Positions 25,175-34,854 are shown, counted from the first letter of the stretch. The stretch is DNA of 64,000 nucleotides from Thermaceae bacterium (GCA_026984675.1 JALSRQ010000015.1:9470-73469); one strand, 5' to 3'. The notes: a model not told the origin generated them from the letters alone. Numbers and translations are program-made.

Positions 25175-25204
25175 ATTGTAATGCATGACTTTCCATTTTG
25201 TCAA
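25175..25204 (-). promoter_or_regulatory. Near-consensus promoter TTGACA-18-TACAAT
   Basis: Minus strand: -35 at 25199-25204, -10 at 25175-25180, in the only AT-rich patch of this region. ATG 25168 falls at the expected TSS. Confidence 0.65.
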
Positions 25205-25221
25205 GTCAAACTTGATATCTA

Positions 25222-25962
25222 TCAAACCGGGTGCCGGCCACCGAAGAGGGGCGCCGCGAAGAACGCGACCGCCATCGCCAAAAAAGCCAGCGCGAAGACG
25301 AAGAGCCGGAGCCCGGGCCGGGCCGAGGGCGGCAGCAGGAGCCTGAGGGTAAAGAGCCCCCAGGCCACCAGGGTGGCGACCTCCTTGGGGTCCCACGAGA
25401 GCGCCGCCCCCCACAGCCGGAAGGCCCAGGCCATGCCGGTGAAGAGCCCCAGGGTGTAGGCCAGGTAGCCGGCCCGGAGGTAGGGCTCCTCCAGGCCCAT
25501 CAGCACCGCCAGCGGCGGCCGCCGGGCGGCGGCCCAGGGGGCCCGCTTGAGGACGAGGTGCTGGCGGTAGCCGAAAAGGGCCGAGAGGAAGGCCAGGGTC
25601 AGGGCCGAGTAGGCGATTAGGAAGCTCCCCACGTGGAGCACCAGGATCCAAAGCGGCAGCCCCTCGGCGACCCGCCCCAGGTAGTGGAGGCCGAGCAGGG
25701 CGACCAGGGCGGCGGCGGCGTAGAGCGCGCGGACCAGGGGCCCGAGCCGGGGCCGCCAGGCGTAGGTCCGGCCCAGCCCCACCAGCCCCGAGGCGAAGAG
25801 CATCGCGGTCTGAAAGGGGCTGGCCAAGAGCTCCCGGGTGGCGGCCAGGTGGGCGAGGAGGGCGAGCAGAAAGGCCAGGGCGGCGAACCCGGTGCGGGGC
25901 CAGGAAAAGGCCAGCGAGGCCGCCAGGATCAGCACCCCGAGGCCGACGAGCAGGGGGATCAT
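25222..25962 (-). CDS. Cytochrome c assembly (CcsA/HemX-like) membrane protein
   Basis: 246 aa and polytopic, with W-rich region WAFRLWGAALSWDPKEV. ATGA overlap with hemA, as in hemA-hemX arrangements. Confidence 0.75.
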   Translation of the reverse strand: MIPLLVGLGVLILAASLAFSWPRTGFAALAFLLALLAHLAATRELLASPFQTAMLFASGLVGLGRTYAWRPRLGPLVRALYAAAALVALLGLHYLGRVAEGLPLWILVLHVGSFLIAYSALTLAFLSALFGYRQHLVLKRAPWAAARRPPLAVLMGLEEPYLRAGYLAYTLGLFTGMAWAFRLWGAALSWDPKEVATLVAWGLFTLRLLLPPSARPGLRLFVFALAFLAMAVAFFAAPLFGGRHPV

Positions 25963-27176
25963 CGGGCCGGCAGGTAGCGCTCGAGGCCCTCGGCCGTCCG
26001 CTCGTCCTTGGCCAGGAGGATCAGGGTGTGCTCGGCCTTGGCCAGCGCTCGCCGCAGCCGGCGGGCGACCGCCGCCCGCTCCCCGGGGCCGAGCCCGGCC
26101 AGCGGACCCCGGAAGAGCCGGTCGAGCTCCTCCCGGTAGAGGCCCTCGATCGCCTCCTGCACCCGGCGGATGCGGTCCTTGGCGCGGTGGCCGGCGTACC
26201 ACTCGAGGTAATCGGCCACCCCCTCCCCGACGATGCGCTCGACCCGCGGCAGCTCGGCCCGGCGGCTCTCCAGGTTCCGGGCCACCACGGTCTCCAGGGC
26301 GTCGAGGTCGTAGAGGTAGGCGCCGGCCAGCCGCCCCACCCCGGGCTCGACGTTGCGGGGCAGGCCGATGTCGATCAGGAAAAGGGGCCGTCGCCGCCGG
26401 GCCAGCACCCGCCGCACCCGTTCGGCCCGCACCACCGGGTGGGGGGCGGCGGCCGAGGCGATCACGATGTCGGCCTGGGCGAGGGCCCGGGGCAGGTCCT
26501 CCATGCCGCAGGCCTCCCCGCCGAAGCGGGCGGCGAGCCGCTCGGCCCGGGCGCGGGTGCGGTTCAGGACGTGGATCCGGGAAACCCCCAGCTCGCGCAG
26601 GTGGGTGAGCACCAGCTCGGCCATCTCCCCCGCCCCCAGCACCAACGCGGTGCGCCCGGCCAGGTCGCCGAAGACCGAACGGGCGAGGTCGACGGCGGCG
26701 TAGGCCACGCTCACCGCCCCGATCCCGATGGCGGTCTCCGAGCGAGCCCGCTTGCCCACCCAGAGGGCCCGCTGGAAGGCCTGCTCGAGGAGGGGCCCGG
26801 TCGCCCGCGCCCGGCGGGCGGCCATGAGCGCCTCCCGCACCTGGCCGAGGATCTGGGCCTCGCCGACCACCTGGCTGTCGAGTCCGGCGGCCACCCGGAA
26901 GAGGTGGGCCAGGGCGGCCGCCCCCCGCTTTCGGTAGAGGTGCGCCTGGAACCGGCCCAGCCGGTCGGCGTAGATCGCCACGGGGTCCCGCCGGGGGCGG
27001 GCCAGGTAGAGCTCGGAGCGGTTGCAGGTCGAGACCAGCACCGCCTCGTCGGCCTCGTCCCGAAGCTCGGCGAGGAGGAGGGAACGCCGCTCCCCCGACA
27101 CCGCCACGCACTCCCGCACCCCCACCGGGGCGGTCTTGTGGGAGAGGCCCACGAGGTGGACGGGCGGCTCGGCCAC
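25959..27176 (-). CDS. hemA: Glutamyl-tRNA reductase
   Basis: LVGLSHKTAPVGVRE, STCNRSELY, NAD motif LVLGAGEMAE. GTG start inferred. Confidence 0.9.
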   Translation of the reverse strand: MAEPPVHLVGLSHKTAPVGVRECVAVSGERRSLLLAELRDEADEAVLVSTCNRSELYLARPRRDPVAIYADRLGRFQAHLYRKRGAAALAHLFRVAAGLDSQVVGEAQILGQVREALMAARRARATGPLLEQAFQRALWVGKRARSETAIGIGAVSVAYAAVDLARSVFGDLAGRTALVLGAGEMAELVLTHLRELGVSRIHVLNRTRARAERLAARFGGEACGMEDLPRALAQADIVIASAAAPHPVVRAERVRRVLARRRRPLFLIDIGLPRNVEPGVGRLAGAYLYDLDALETVVARNLESRRAELPRVERIVGEGVADYLEWYAGHRAKDRIRRVQEAIEGLYREELDRLFRGPLAGLGPGERAAVARRLRRALAKAEHTLILLAKDERTAEGLERYLPAR

Positions 27177-27223
27177 GGGCCCCAGTTTACCGGACCCCGG
27201 CGCCCCCGGGGGGAGGATCGTCC

Positions 27224-27922
27224 CTAGCCGGACCCGCCGAGGGCCCGGATCGCCTCGACCCACCCGGAGAGCCCGGGGGCCCGGGGGTAGCGCACCGGGG
27301 CGAAGCCGAGGGCCTCGGCCCGCCGGGCGGTCCCCTCCCCCACGCAGGCGGCCGGCAGGCGGGGCAGCCCGGCCGCCGCCCAGGCCTCGACCGCCGAGGG
27401 GGAACCGAAGGCGACCGCGTCGACCGCCGCCGCCCGGGCCCGTTCGTCGTCGGTGGGAACCCGGGGCTCCAGGGTGTACACGTCGATCCGGCGGACCGCG
27501 AACCCCCGGGCCGAAAGCCGCCGGGCGAGGGCGTCGCCGGCCCGGGCCGAGGTCGGCCAGAGCACCCGGCCGGGGCCGGGGAGCTCCTCGGCGAGGATCC
27601 TCCCCAGCGCCCGGCGGGGGGTGAAGGCGACCTCGAGGCCCTGCCCCTCCAGCACCGCCCGGGTCCCGGCCCCGATCGCGGCCAGGGAGAGCTCGGGAGC
27701 GCCGGCCAGGAACCAGGCCCCGACGAAGTAGCGGGCGGCCTCGGGGCTGGTGAGGACGACCCAGTCCCAAGGCTCGCCGAGGGCGGCCTCGAGGGCCCGG
27801 TAGCCCTCCTCGATCCGGCGGTAGGCGACCACCGGCACGCTCACCGCCTCGATCCCGGCCTCGGCCAGCCGGGCCTTCAGGGCGGCGTCCTTCTCCTCCG
27901 GTCTAGTGAGCGCCACGCGCAC
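27224..27922 (-). CDS. hemD: Uroporphyrinogen-III synthase
   Basis: 232 aa HEM4-like two-lobe pattern (TSPEAARYF, FGSPSAVEAW). Confidence 0.8.
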   Translation of the reverse strand: MRVALTRPEEKDAALKARLAEAGIEAVSVPVVAYRRIEEGYRALEAALGEPWDWVVLTSPEAARYFVGAWFLAGAPELSLAAIGAGTRAVLEGQGLEVAFTPRRALGRILAEELPGPGRVLWPTSARAGDALARRLSARGFAVRRIDVYTLEPRVPTDDERARAAAVDAVAFGSPSAVEAWAAAGLPRLPAACVGEGTARRAEALGFAPVRYPRAPGLSGWVEAIRALGGSG

Positions 27923-27980
27923 GGCTCCAAGCCTATCCCAGCGGACCCGGGACGAACCGCCCCTCCGTAAGCTAGGGGCG

Positions 27981-29078
27981 GTGACCTCGCTCTACGTGCA
28001 CGTCCCCTTCTGCCCGACGATCTGCCCCTACTGCGACTTCCACGCGGTGCGGCGCACCCGGGGGGCGGTGGCGGCCTACCTCGAGCGGCTCGAGGCCGAG
28101 GCCCGCGCCCTGGCCCCGGCGCGGACGCCGCTCCGGACGCTCTACTACGGCGGCGGCACCCCCAGCTACCTGCGGGAGGACGAGCTCGTCCGGCTCCTGT
28201 CCCTGGGGCTGCCCCTGGAGGCGGGGGCCGAGGTCACCCTCGAGGCCAACCCCGGCACCCTGAACCGGAGCCGCCTCGCCCTCCTCCGCAGCCTCGGGGT
28301 CAACCGGCTCTCGATCGGGGTCCAGAGCTTCCAGGACCCGGTCCTGAGGGGCCTGGGACGGGCCCACCGGGCCCGGGGGGCCTACCGCGCGATCGAGGAG
28401 GCCCTGGACGCGGGCTTTCGGGTCTCGATCGACCTGATCCTCGGCCTGCCCGGCCAGGACCCCGAGCGGGACCTCAAGGAGGCCGTCCGGCTGGGGGTCG
28501 GCCACGTCTCCGCCTACACCCTGATCGTCGAGCCCGGGACCCCCTTCGCCCTCGCCGGCCTGCGGGAGAACCCCGACCGCGAGGCCCGGGCCTTCGCGCT
28601 CGCCGAGGCAATCCTGGGGGAGGCCGGGCTGGTTCGCTACGAGGTGGCGAACTTCGCCCGCCCCGGCGAGGAGGCCCGCCACAACCAGGTCTACTGGCGG
28701 ATGGGGTTTTGGGCCGGGCTGGGACCGTCCGCCGCCAGCCACGAGCCCGCCGGCGCCCCCGGGCTCTACGCCGTGCGGCGCACCCGGCCGCCGCTCCATC
28801 GCTGGCTGGCCGGCGAGCCCCCCGCCGAGGAACCGATCCCCCCCCGGGAGCACGTCCGCGAGGCCCTGATGATGGGGCTCCGCACCCGGGAGGGGGTCGA
28901 CGTGGCGGGGCTGGAGGCCGCCACCGGCCTTAAGCTCTGGGAGCGGCTCCGCCCCGCCGCCGAGCGCCTGGCCGAGGCCGGGCTGCTGGAGGTTGGCAAG
29001 GGCCGCCTCGTCCCCACCGCCGGCGGCCTCGACCTGGTTCACTCGCTGGTGCTCCCGCTCTGGGAGGCCCTCTCCTGA
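27981..29078 (+). CDS. hemW: Radical SAM heme chaperone HemW / coproporphyrinogen III oxidase-like
   Basis: YVHVPFCPTICPYCDF CxxxCxxC motif and GGGTPS. GTG start with -10 TAAGCT 7 nt upstream. Confidence 0.9.
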   Translation: MTSLYVHVPFCPTICPYCDFHAVRRTRGAVAAYLERLEAEARALAPARTPLRTLYYGGGTPSYLREDELVRLLSLGLPLEAGAEVTLEANPGTLNRSRLALLRSLGVNRLSIGVQSFQDPVLRGLGRAHRARGAYRAIEEALDAGFRVSIDLILGLPGQDPERDLKEAVRLGVGHVSAYTLIVEPGTPFALAGLRENPDREARAFALAEAILGEAGLVRYEVANFARPGEEARHNQVYWRMGFWAGLGPSAASHEPAGAPGLYAVRRTRPPLHRWLAGEPPAEEPIPPREHVREALMMGLRTREGVDVAGLEAATGLKLWERLRPAAERLAEAGLLEVGKGRLVPTAGGLDLVHSLVLPLWEALS

Positions 29079-30124
29079 ACGATCCGGAGCGGCTCGGCAA
29101 ACCAGAGCGTCCGCTGGGGGAAGGGGATCGCGATCCCGGCCCGATCGAGGGCGAGCTTGGCGGCCTCGGTGAGCTCGGCGGCCAAGCGGGGCAGGTGGGC
29201 GATGCGCTCCTCGGGGATCCAGCCCACCAGCTCGAGGTTCACGCTGGAGTCGCCGAGCTCGCGGACCCAGACCTCGGGGGCCGGCCGGTGCCGGATCGCC
29301 GGGTGCTCCTTAAGGACCCCAAGCAGCACCCGGCGGGCCCGGGCCAGGTCGGCACCGTAGGCGATCCCCACCGGCACGTGGATGCGCAGGGGCCCGCCGG
29401 CCGAGAGGTTTTGCACCTCGCTGGCGGCCACCTTGGAGTTGGGCAGGGCAATGAGCTCGTTGTCCGGGGTCCGGATCCGGGTGGTGCGCAGGGTGATCCC
29501 CTCGATCCGGCCGAGCTTGCCCCCCAGCCGCACCCAGTCGCCGATGCGGAAGGGCCGGTCGAGGAGGATCACCACCCCGGCGATGAAGTTGGAGAAGGTG
29601 TCCTGGGCGGCCAGGCTCACCGCCAACCCGGCCACCCCCAGGGCCCCGATCAACGGGGCGATCTCCCGGCCCGCCACCATGTAGGCGGTCCAGGCCACCA
29701 CCACCACCATGGCGGTGTAGCGGGCGAGGAGGACGAGGTTGGGGTCCACCCCCCGCCGCACCAGGTAGAACTCCAGCCAGGCCTCGATCCCCAGCCAGAC
29801 GAGGTAGGCGAGGAGGAGCTTGAGCCCCACCGCCCACACCCCGGCCGGCTGTCCGACCCCAAACAGGGCTGAGAAGACCGCGGCCAGGGCGGTCAGAAAC
29901 AGCAGGTTCCAAAGCCAGGCGACCACCGACCGGACCCGGGCCCCGAACCGGCCCACGAACCGGTCGGAGAGCGCCCTGAGCCCCACCCTGAGGAGGTAGA
30001 GGAAGAGGGCGAGCACGGCCAGGGCGGCCAGCTTGCCAAAAAGCTCCTCGCCGCCGGGAAGGCCGCCCCCGAACCGCGGCCAGAGCCCCCTTAGGGCCTG
30101 ATCAAGGTAGCGTCCGATCGCCAC
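29039..30124 (-). CDS. Mechanosensitive ion channel (MscS family)
   Basis: N-terminal TM helices, then FSNFIAGVVILLDRPFRIGDWV (MscS pore/beta domain signature). Confidence 0.9.
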   Translation of the reverse strand: MAIGRYLDQALRGLWPRFGGGLPGGEELFGKLAALAVLALFLYLLRVGLRALSDRFVGRFGARVRSVVAWLWNLLFLTALAAVFSALFGVGQPAGVWAVGLKLLLAYLVWLGIEAWLEFYLVRRGVDPNLVLLARYTAMVVVVAWTAYMVAGREIAPLIGALGVAGLAVSLAAQDTFSNFIAGVVILLDRPFRIGDWVRLGGKLGRIEGITLRTTRIRTPDNELIALPNSKVAASEVQNLSAGGPLRIHVPVGIAYGADLARARRVLLGVLKEHPAIRHRPAPEVWVRELGDSSVNLELVGWIPEERIAHLPRLAAELTEAAKLALDRAGIAIPFPQRTLWFAEPLRIVQERASQSGSTSE

Positions 30125-31010
30125 AGCAAGCCTCCAGAACCGCCAGGCGCTGGCGCAGCCCGGCCTCGTCGGCGGCCGCCACCCGGACGTAGGGGCGCTC
30201 GAGGACGAAGGGGCGGGCGAAGGGGTGGCGGAGGGCCGCCTCGAGGTCGGCCACCGGCAGCACCGCCACCCGCCCCCGGAGCCCCGGCCGGGGCACGGCG
30301 TAGCCCATCACCGCCCGGAGGTGGGCCTCGGCGAAGGCGGGGGCGAAGAGGGCGCGCTCGGTGGGAAAGGGGGCGAAGTCGAGGAAGTAGACCTCGCCGC
30401 GGTAGAGCCCGGCCCGCACCTCCAGCCCGCCGACGTGGCCGAGGGCACGGAAGAGCGCCTCCAATCCCCGGCGCACCCGGGCGAGGAGCCCCTCGGGGAG
30501 GGGGTAGGGGGCCTCCCACACCGCCCCCCGCCGCGCCGCCGGGGGCCAGAGGAAGAGCCCCTCCCGCCAGACCGCCAGGAAGAGCAGCTCGGCCTCGTAG
30601 GGGTAGGCCCGCTCGTAGAGCCAGAGCCCGGGCGGCGGCTCGGCGGCCTCGTCCTCGACCCAGACCGCCCGCCCCCCCTTGCGGGGGCGCAGCCAGGCGG
30701 GGAGGCCGTGGGCCAGGGCCAGGGCCTCGAGCTCGGCCGGGTTCAGCACCCGGCCAAACGGCGGGGTGGGGAGCGCGAGGGCCCGGAAGAGCCGGTGCTG
30801 GATCAGGAGGTCGGCGTAGGCCCGGATCGTCCGGGGCCCGGGGTGGGCCCGGGGGTCGCCTTCGAAGGCGTCGGGCGAGAAGCGGAACAGCCAGCGGAAA
30901 CCGGGGGCCTCGGCGTCGGGGGAGAGGGGCTCCAGCTCCAGCCCCAGGGGCATCGCCGCCCAGGCCAGGAGCCGGGCGAGCGGCGAGGTCAGGTCGACGC
31001 CGGCCTTCAC
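30102..31010 (-). CDS. Hypothetical protein, ATP-grasp-like (PurK-like fold suggested, key motifs degenerate)
   Basis: Pattern P.WLRPRKGG..VWV / YERAYPYEAELLFLAV / GGLEVRAGLYRGEVYFLDFAP resembles ATP-grasp strands. The usual E-x-N-x-R-x-H catalytic stretch is absent. Confidence 0.4.
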   Translation of the reverse strand: MKAGVDLTSPLARLLAWAAMPLGLELEPLSPDAEAPGFRWLFRFSPDAFEGDPRAHPGPRTIRAYADLLIQHRLFRALALPTPPFGRVLNPAELEALALAHGLPAWLRPRKGGRAVWVEDEAAEPPPGLWLYERAYPYEAELLFLAVWREGLFLWPPAARRGAVWEAPYPLPEGLLARVRRGLEALFRALGHVGGLEVRAGLYRGEVYFLDFAPFPTERALFAPAFAEAHLRAVMGYAVPRPGLRGRVAVLPVADLEAALRHPFARPFVLERPYVRVAAADEAGLRQRLAVLEACCGDRTLP

Positions 31011-31013
31011 CGC

Positions 31014-31574
31014 CTAGAGTCTACGCCAGACCGCCCAGACCCGATGGGCGAGGGCGATCCAGCCCTCGCCGTAGGCCCGGAGGGCGAAGCCGTGGGGCGG
31101 GCGGGCGAGCTCGAAGGGCTCCCAGTAGCGGGGGCTCGTTGGCCGGCCCCGGCGCACCGCCTCGGCCCGGCCGAACCCCTCGATCAAAAAGAGCCCGCCG
31201 GGGACGATCCGCTCGGCCATGGGGGCGAGCAGGGGGCGGTGCACGAAGTAGCTCATCACCACCCCGGCGAACGGCCCCGGGGGCAGCGGCTCGCGGGGGT
31301 CCTCGAGGTCGAAGGGCACCGGGTGGACCCCGAGCCCCTGCCGGCGGGCCAGGTCGCGGACCCGCAGGAGGGCCTGCTGGCTCTTTTCCAAAAGCAGCAC
31401 CCGGTGGCCCCGGGCGGCCAGGAAGAAGGCGTTCCGGCCGGCCCCGCCGGCCAGGTCGAGGACCATCCCGGGGGGCAGCTCGCCGGCGTAGGCCCGCACC
31501 ACCAGGGCGGGCCCCTGGGGCCCGGGCTCGCTCTGGTAGTAGGCCTCCCAGTCGCGCGGCACCGTCCCCAGCAT
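31014..31574 (-). CDS. Class I SAM-dependent methyltransferase
   Basis: Motif I VLDLAGGAGRN, with acidic post-I LLLEKS. Confidence 0.8.
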   Translation of the reverse strand: MLGTVPRDWEAYYQSEPGPQGPALVVRAYAGELPPGMVLDLAGGAGRNAFFLAARGHRVLLLEKSQQALLRVRDLARRQGLGVHPVPFDLEDPREPLPPGPFAGVVMSYFVHRPLLAPMAERIVPGGLFLIEGFGRAEAVRRGRPTSPRYWEPFELARPPHGFALRAYGEGWIALAHRVWAVWRRL

Positions 31575-31580
31575 ACGGAA

Positions 31581-31607
31581 GGGGGCGGGGGCGGCGCCCC
31601 CGCCCCC
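31581..31607 (-). terminator. 11-bp GC hairpin after the htrA-like gene
   Basis: gggggcggggg-cggcg-cccccgccccc, with a weak U tail on the minus strand. Confidence 0.45.
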
Positions 31608-31620
31608 GGCCGGGCCCGGG

Positions 31621-32796
31621 CTACTTCACCACCGCCAGCCGGACCACCACCTCGCGGGTGCGGCCGTCCCGCCAGACCTTCAGGGTCACCGCGTCGCCGG
31701 CACGCTTTTTAAAGAGCACCGCCCGCAGGTCGTTGATCGAGTAGATCGGCACCCCGTCGGCCTCGAGGATCACGTCGCCGCCGACCCCGAAGTCGAGGAC
31801 GTCGCCGCTGGGGGTGTAGACGTAGACGTGGTCCTTGGCCCCCTTAAGCCCCGCCTTGGCGGCCGGGCTCCCCTTCTCGACCTCCTGGATTACCAGGCCG
31901 TGGTCGGGGAGCTTAAACCGCTTGCGGAGGCTCGGGGGGTAGGCGTCGACCGGCAGCACCGTGACCCCCAGGCGGGGCCGGGTCTTGATGATCTCGTCGG
32001 CGGTGAGGGTCTTCCCCGCCTTCATCTGGTCGAGGTAGTCCTTGGCCAGGTTGATGGGGATGGCGAAGCCGATCCCGGCGAACTGGGGCGCCCCCACCTG
32101 GCCGCTCGGGGTCAGGATCGCCGAGTTGATCCCGATCACCTCGCCCCGGGAGTCGAGCAGGGGGCCGCCGGAGTTGCCGGGGTTGATGGCGGCGTCGGTC
32201 TGGATCAGGTAGGGCACCAGGCTCGACTCCACCCCGGGGTTCTTCCGGACGGCGGAGACGATTCCCTCGGTGACGGTGAAGTCGAGGCCGAAGGGGTTGC
32301 CGATGGCGATCGCCTTCTCGCCCACCTCCACCCGGTCGGAGTCCCCCAGCGGCAGGGGAACGAGCTTTTCGCGCGGGGCGTCGACCTTCAAAAGGGCGAT
32401 GTCCATGGGCGGCACCGCCCCCACCACCTTGGCCTTGTAGGCCTTGGGGTCGCCCTTAAAGCGGACCTCGATGGTGTCCGCCCCCTTGACCACGTGGTAG
32501 TTGGTGAGGATGTAGCCGGCCTTGTCGATCACGAACCCCGAACCGGTCCCCTTCCGGGGCGGCTCGATGAAGGGCCGGAAGAAGGGGGCGAAGTCCTCGA
32601 ACCCGGGGGGCAGCTGGGGCCGCACCACCTTGGCGGCGGTCTCCACCGCCACGTAGACCACCCCGGGGCCGTCCCGCTTGACGATCTCGATGGTGTTCCG
32701 CTCGTTTTCCAAAAACGCCCTTTGGGGGCTGTAGGCGAGCGCCACCGAGGCGACCAACAGCCCGAGTCCCACCCATCCCACGCGTCTCAAGCTCAT
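31621..32796 (-). CDS. HtrA/DegP-family serine protease with PDZ domain
   Basis: TNYHVV, DIALLK and GNSGGPLLD catalytic triad motifs plus a C-terminal PDZ. ATG 32796 preferred (GGAGG 5 nt upstream). Confidence 0.9.
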   Translation of the reverse strand: MSLRRVGWVGLGLLVASVALAYSPQRAFLENERNTIEIVKRDGPGVVYVAVETAAKVVRPQLPPGFEDFAPFFRPFIEPPRKGTGSGFVIDKAGYILTNYHVVKGADTIEVRFKGDPKAYKAKVVGAVPPMDIALLKVDAPREKLVPLPLGDSDRVEVGEKAIAIGNPFGLDFTVTEGIVSAVRKNPGVESSLVPYLIQTDAAINPGNSGGPLLDSRGEVIGINSAILTPSGQVGAPQFAGIGFAIPINLAKDYLDQMKAGKTLTADEIIKTRPRLGVTVLPVDAYPPSLRKRFKLPDHGLVIQEVEKGSPAAKAGLKGAKDHVYVYTPSGDVLDFGVGGDVILEADGVPIYSINDLRAVLFKKRAGDAVTLKVWRDGRTREVVVRLAVVK

Positions 32797-32840
32797 AAGC
32801 ACCTCCGCATAGAACCTTAGCCAAGTATTGTTAGGGGACG

Positions 32841-33908
32841 GTGAAGCCGCCGGGGTCCGTGTATGCTGAGTGCGTGCGGGTTTTCGTCGTGAACCCCGGC
32901 TCCACCAGCACCAAGCTGGCCCTGGTCGAGGTCCGCGAGGGCGCGCCCCGGGTGCGGGCCCGGCGGGAGGAGCCCGCCGACCTCGCCAAGGAGCCCCGGG
33001 CCGACTTCCAGGCCCGGCTTCCCGCCGTCCTGGCGGCCGCCGAGGCCTTCGCCCCCTTCGACGCGGTGGCCGCCCGGGGGGGGTTGCTCGGCCCCTTGGA
33101 GGCGGGGGTCTACCGGGTCGACGAGGGGATGGCCGCCACCCTGCTCCGGGCCCCCTTCGGCTACCACCCGGCCAACCTGGGCGCCCCCCTGGCCCTCGAG
33201 GTCGCCCGCCGGTACCGCCTGGAGGCCTACGTCGTCGACCCCCCGACGATCAACGAGCTGGTGCCCGAGGCCCGGGTCTCGGGGGTGCCGGGGATCGAAC
33301 GCCAGAGCCGGGTCCACGCCCTGAACCTCCGCTACGTCGCCCGCCGGGTCGCCGGCGAGCTCGGTAAGAAGCTCGGCGAGACCGTGCTGGTCGGGGCCCA
33401 TCTGGGGGGCGGGTCGAGCCTCGCCCTCTTCCTAAGGGGGCGCATGGCCGACACCACCGACGCCCTCTTGGGCGAGGGCCCCTTTAGCGCCAACCGGGCC
33501 GGGACCACCCCGATCCACGGGATCCTCAAGCTGGTGCGGGAGCGCGGCCTCGACGCCACCCGCCACCTGCTCGCCCGCCGCTCGGGTTTCCTGGGCCTCC
33601 TGGGCACCGACGACCTCAAGGAGGTCGAGGCCCGCCTGGCCGAGCCCGAGGTCCGGGCGGTGGTCGAGGCCTACGCCCTGCAGGTCGCCAAGAACCTGGC
33701 GGCGCTCGCCGCCCACGCCCGCCCCGAGGCGTTCTTCCTCACCGGGGGCGCGGCCCGCTTCGACTACCCGGTGCGCCGGATCGAGGAGCGCCTGGCCTGG
33801 ATCGCCCCGGTGTTCCGCTTCCCCGGCGAGTTCGAGGCCGAGGCGCTGGCCGAGGGGGTGTACCGGGTGAGGAAGGGGCTGGAGGAGGCCAAGCGCTATG
33901 CAACTTGA
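32841..33908 (+). CDS. buk: Butyrate kinase
   Basis: VVNPGSTSTKLA N-terminal phosphate motif; ASKHA-fold length. True start may be GTG 32859 or 32874. Confidence 0.8.
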   Translation: MKPPGSVYAECVRVFVVNPGSTSTKLALVEVREGAPRVRARREEPADLAKEPRADFQARLPAVLAAAEAFAPFDAVAARGGLLGPLEAGVYRVDEGMAATLLRAPFGYHPANLGAPLALEVARRYRLEAYVVDPPTINELVPEARVSGVPGIERQSRVHALNLRYVARRVAGELGKKLGETVLVGAHLGGGSSLALFLRGRMADTTDALLGEGPFSANRAGTTPIHGILKLVRERGLDATRHLLARRSGFLGLLGTDDLKEVEARLAEPEVRAVVEAYALQVAKNLAALAAHARPEAFFLTGGAARFDYPVRRIEERLAWIAPVFRFPGEFEAEALAEGVYRVRKGLEEAKRYAT

Positions 33909-34854
33909 GTTTCGCGAGATCCAGCCGATCCACAGCATGGACGAGCTCCTCGAGCTGGCCCGGCTCATCGCCCAGGTCAAGGGCCCCAAGCGGGTGGCGG
34001 TGGCCGCCGCCAACGAGGCCCACGTCATCGAGGCGGTGAACGACGCCCGCATCGAGGGGCTGATCCGGCCGATCCTCTTCGGCAACCCCGAGCGCATGCG
34101 CAAGATCGCCGGCGAGCTCGGGATCCAAGTGGAGAACCTCGACCTGAGGCCGGCCCGGGACCCCCTCGAGGCCGCCGAGCTCGCCACCAAGGCGGTCTCC
34201 TCCGGCGAGGCCGACATCCTGATGAAGGGGCTGGTGCAGTCGGCCGACTTCCTCCGGGCGGCCCTGAACCGCGAATGGGGGCTCCGCACCGGCCGGCTCC
34301 TCTCCCACGTCCTGGTCTTCGAGGCCCGGGGCTTCGACCGCCTCTTCCTCATGTCCGACGGGGCGATGAACATCAACCCCGGCCTCAAGGAGAAGATCCA
34401 GATCGTCGAGAACGCGGTGACCCTGGCCCACGCCCTGGGCATCCAGCCACCCCGGGTGGCCCTCCTCGCCGCCGTCGAGGTGGTCAACCCCGAGATGGAG
34501 ACCGCGGTCGAGGACGCGATCATCGCCAAGATGGCCGACCGCGGCCAGATCAAGGGGGCGATCGTCGACGGCCCCCTCGCCCTCGACAACGCGGTGAGCG
34601 AGGAGGCCGCCCGCATCAAGGGGATCAAGAGCCCGGTGGCCGGCAAGGCGGACGTATTGATCGTCGACAACATCGACGTGGGGAACGTCTTCTACAAAAG
34701 CCTGATCTACTTCGCCCGGATCCGGGGGGCCGGCATCATCATGGGCGCCCGGGCGCCCCTCGTCCTCACCAGCCGGGCCGACCCCGAGGAGGTCAAGTTC
34801 CTCTCGCTGGCCCTGGCGGTGGTGCTCGCCGAGCGCCTGCCCTACGTCGCCTAA
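33898..34854 (+). CDS. ptb: Phosphate butyryltransferase / phosphotransacetylase-family enzyme
   Basis: PTA_PTB family pattern ([23 protein letters not shown]). Overlaps buk by 11 nt. Confidence 0.8.
   Translation: MQLEFREIQPIHSMDELLELARLIAQVKGPKRVAVAAANEAHVIEAVNDARIEGLIRPILFGNPERMRKIAGELGIQVENLDLRPARDPLEAAELATKAVSSGEADILMKGLVQSADFLRAALNREWGLRTGRLLSHVLVFEARGFDRLFLMSDGAMNINPGLKEKIQIVENAVTLAHALGIQPPRVALLAAVEVVNPEMETAVEDAIIAKMADRGQIKGAIVDGPLALDNAVSEEAARIKGIKSPVAGKADVLIVDNIDVGNVFYKSLIYFARIRGAGIIMGARAPLVLTSRADPEEVKFLSLALAVVLAERLPYVA

Noticed and set aside
23941-25651. Long ORFs 23941..25011 (356 aa), 24294..25196 (300 aa) and 24947..25651 (234 aa) taken at full length
   Set aside because: Their N-terminal halves are Gly/Arg/Pro/Ala-rich and overlap each other extensively. 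Only the C-terminal portions show SHOCT-like or beta-repeat features, and these link up through GTGA overlaps, so shorter internal GTG/ATG starts were chosen.
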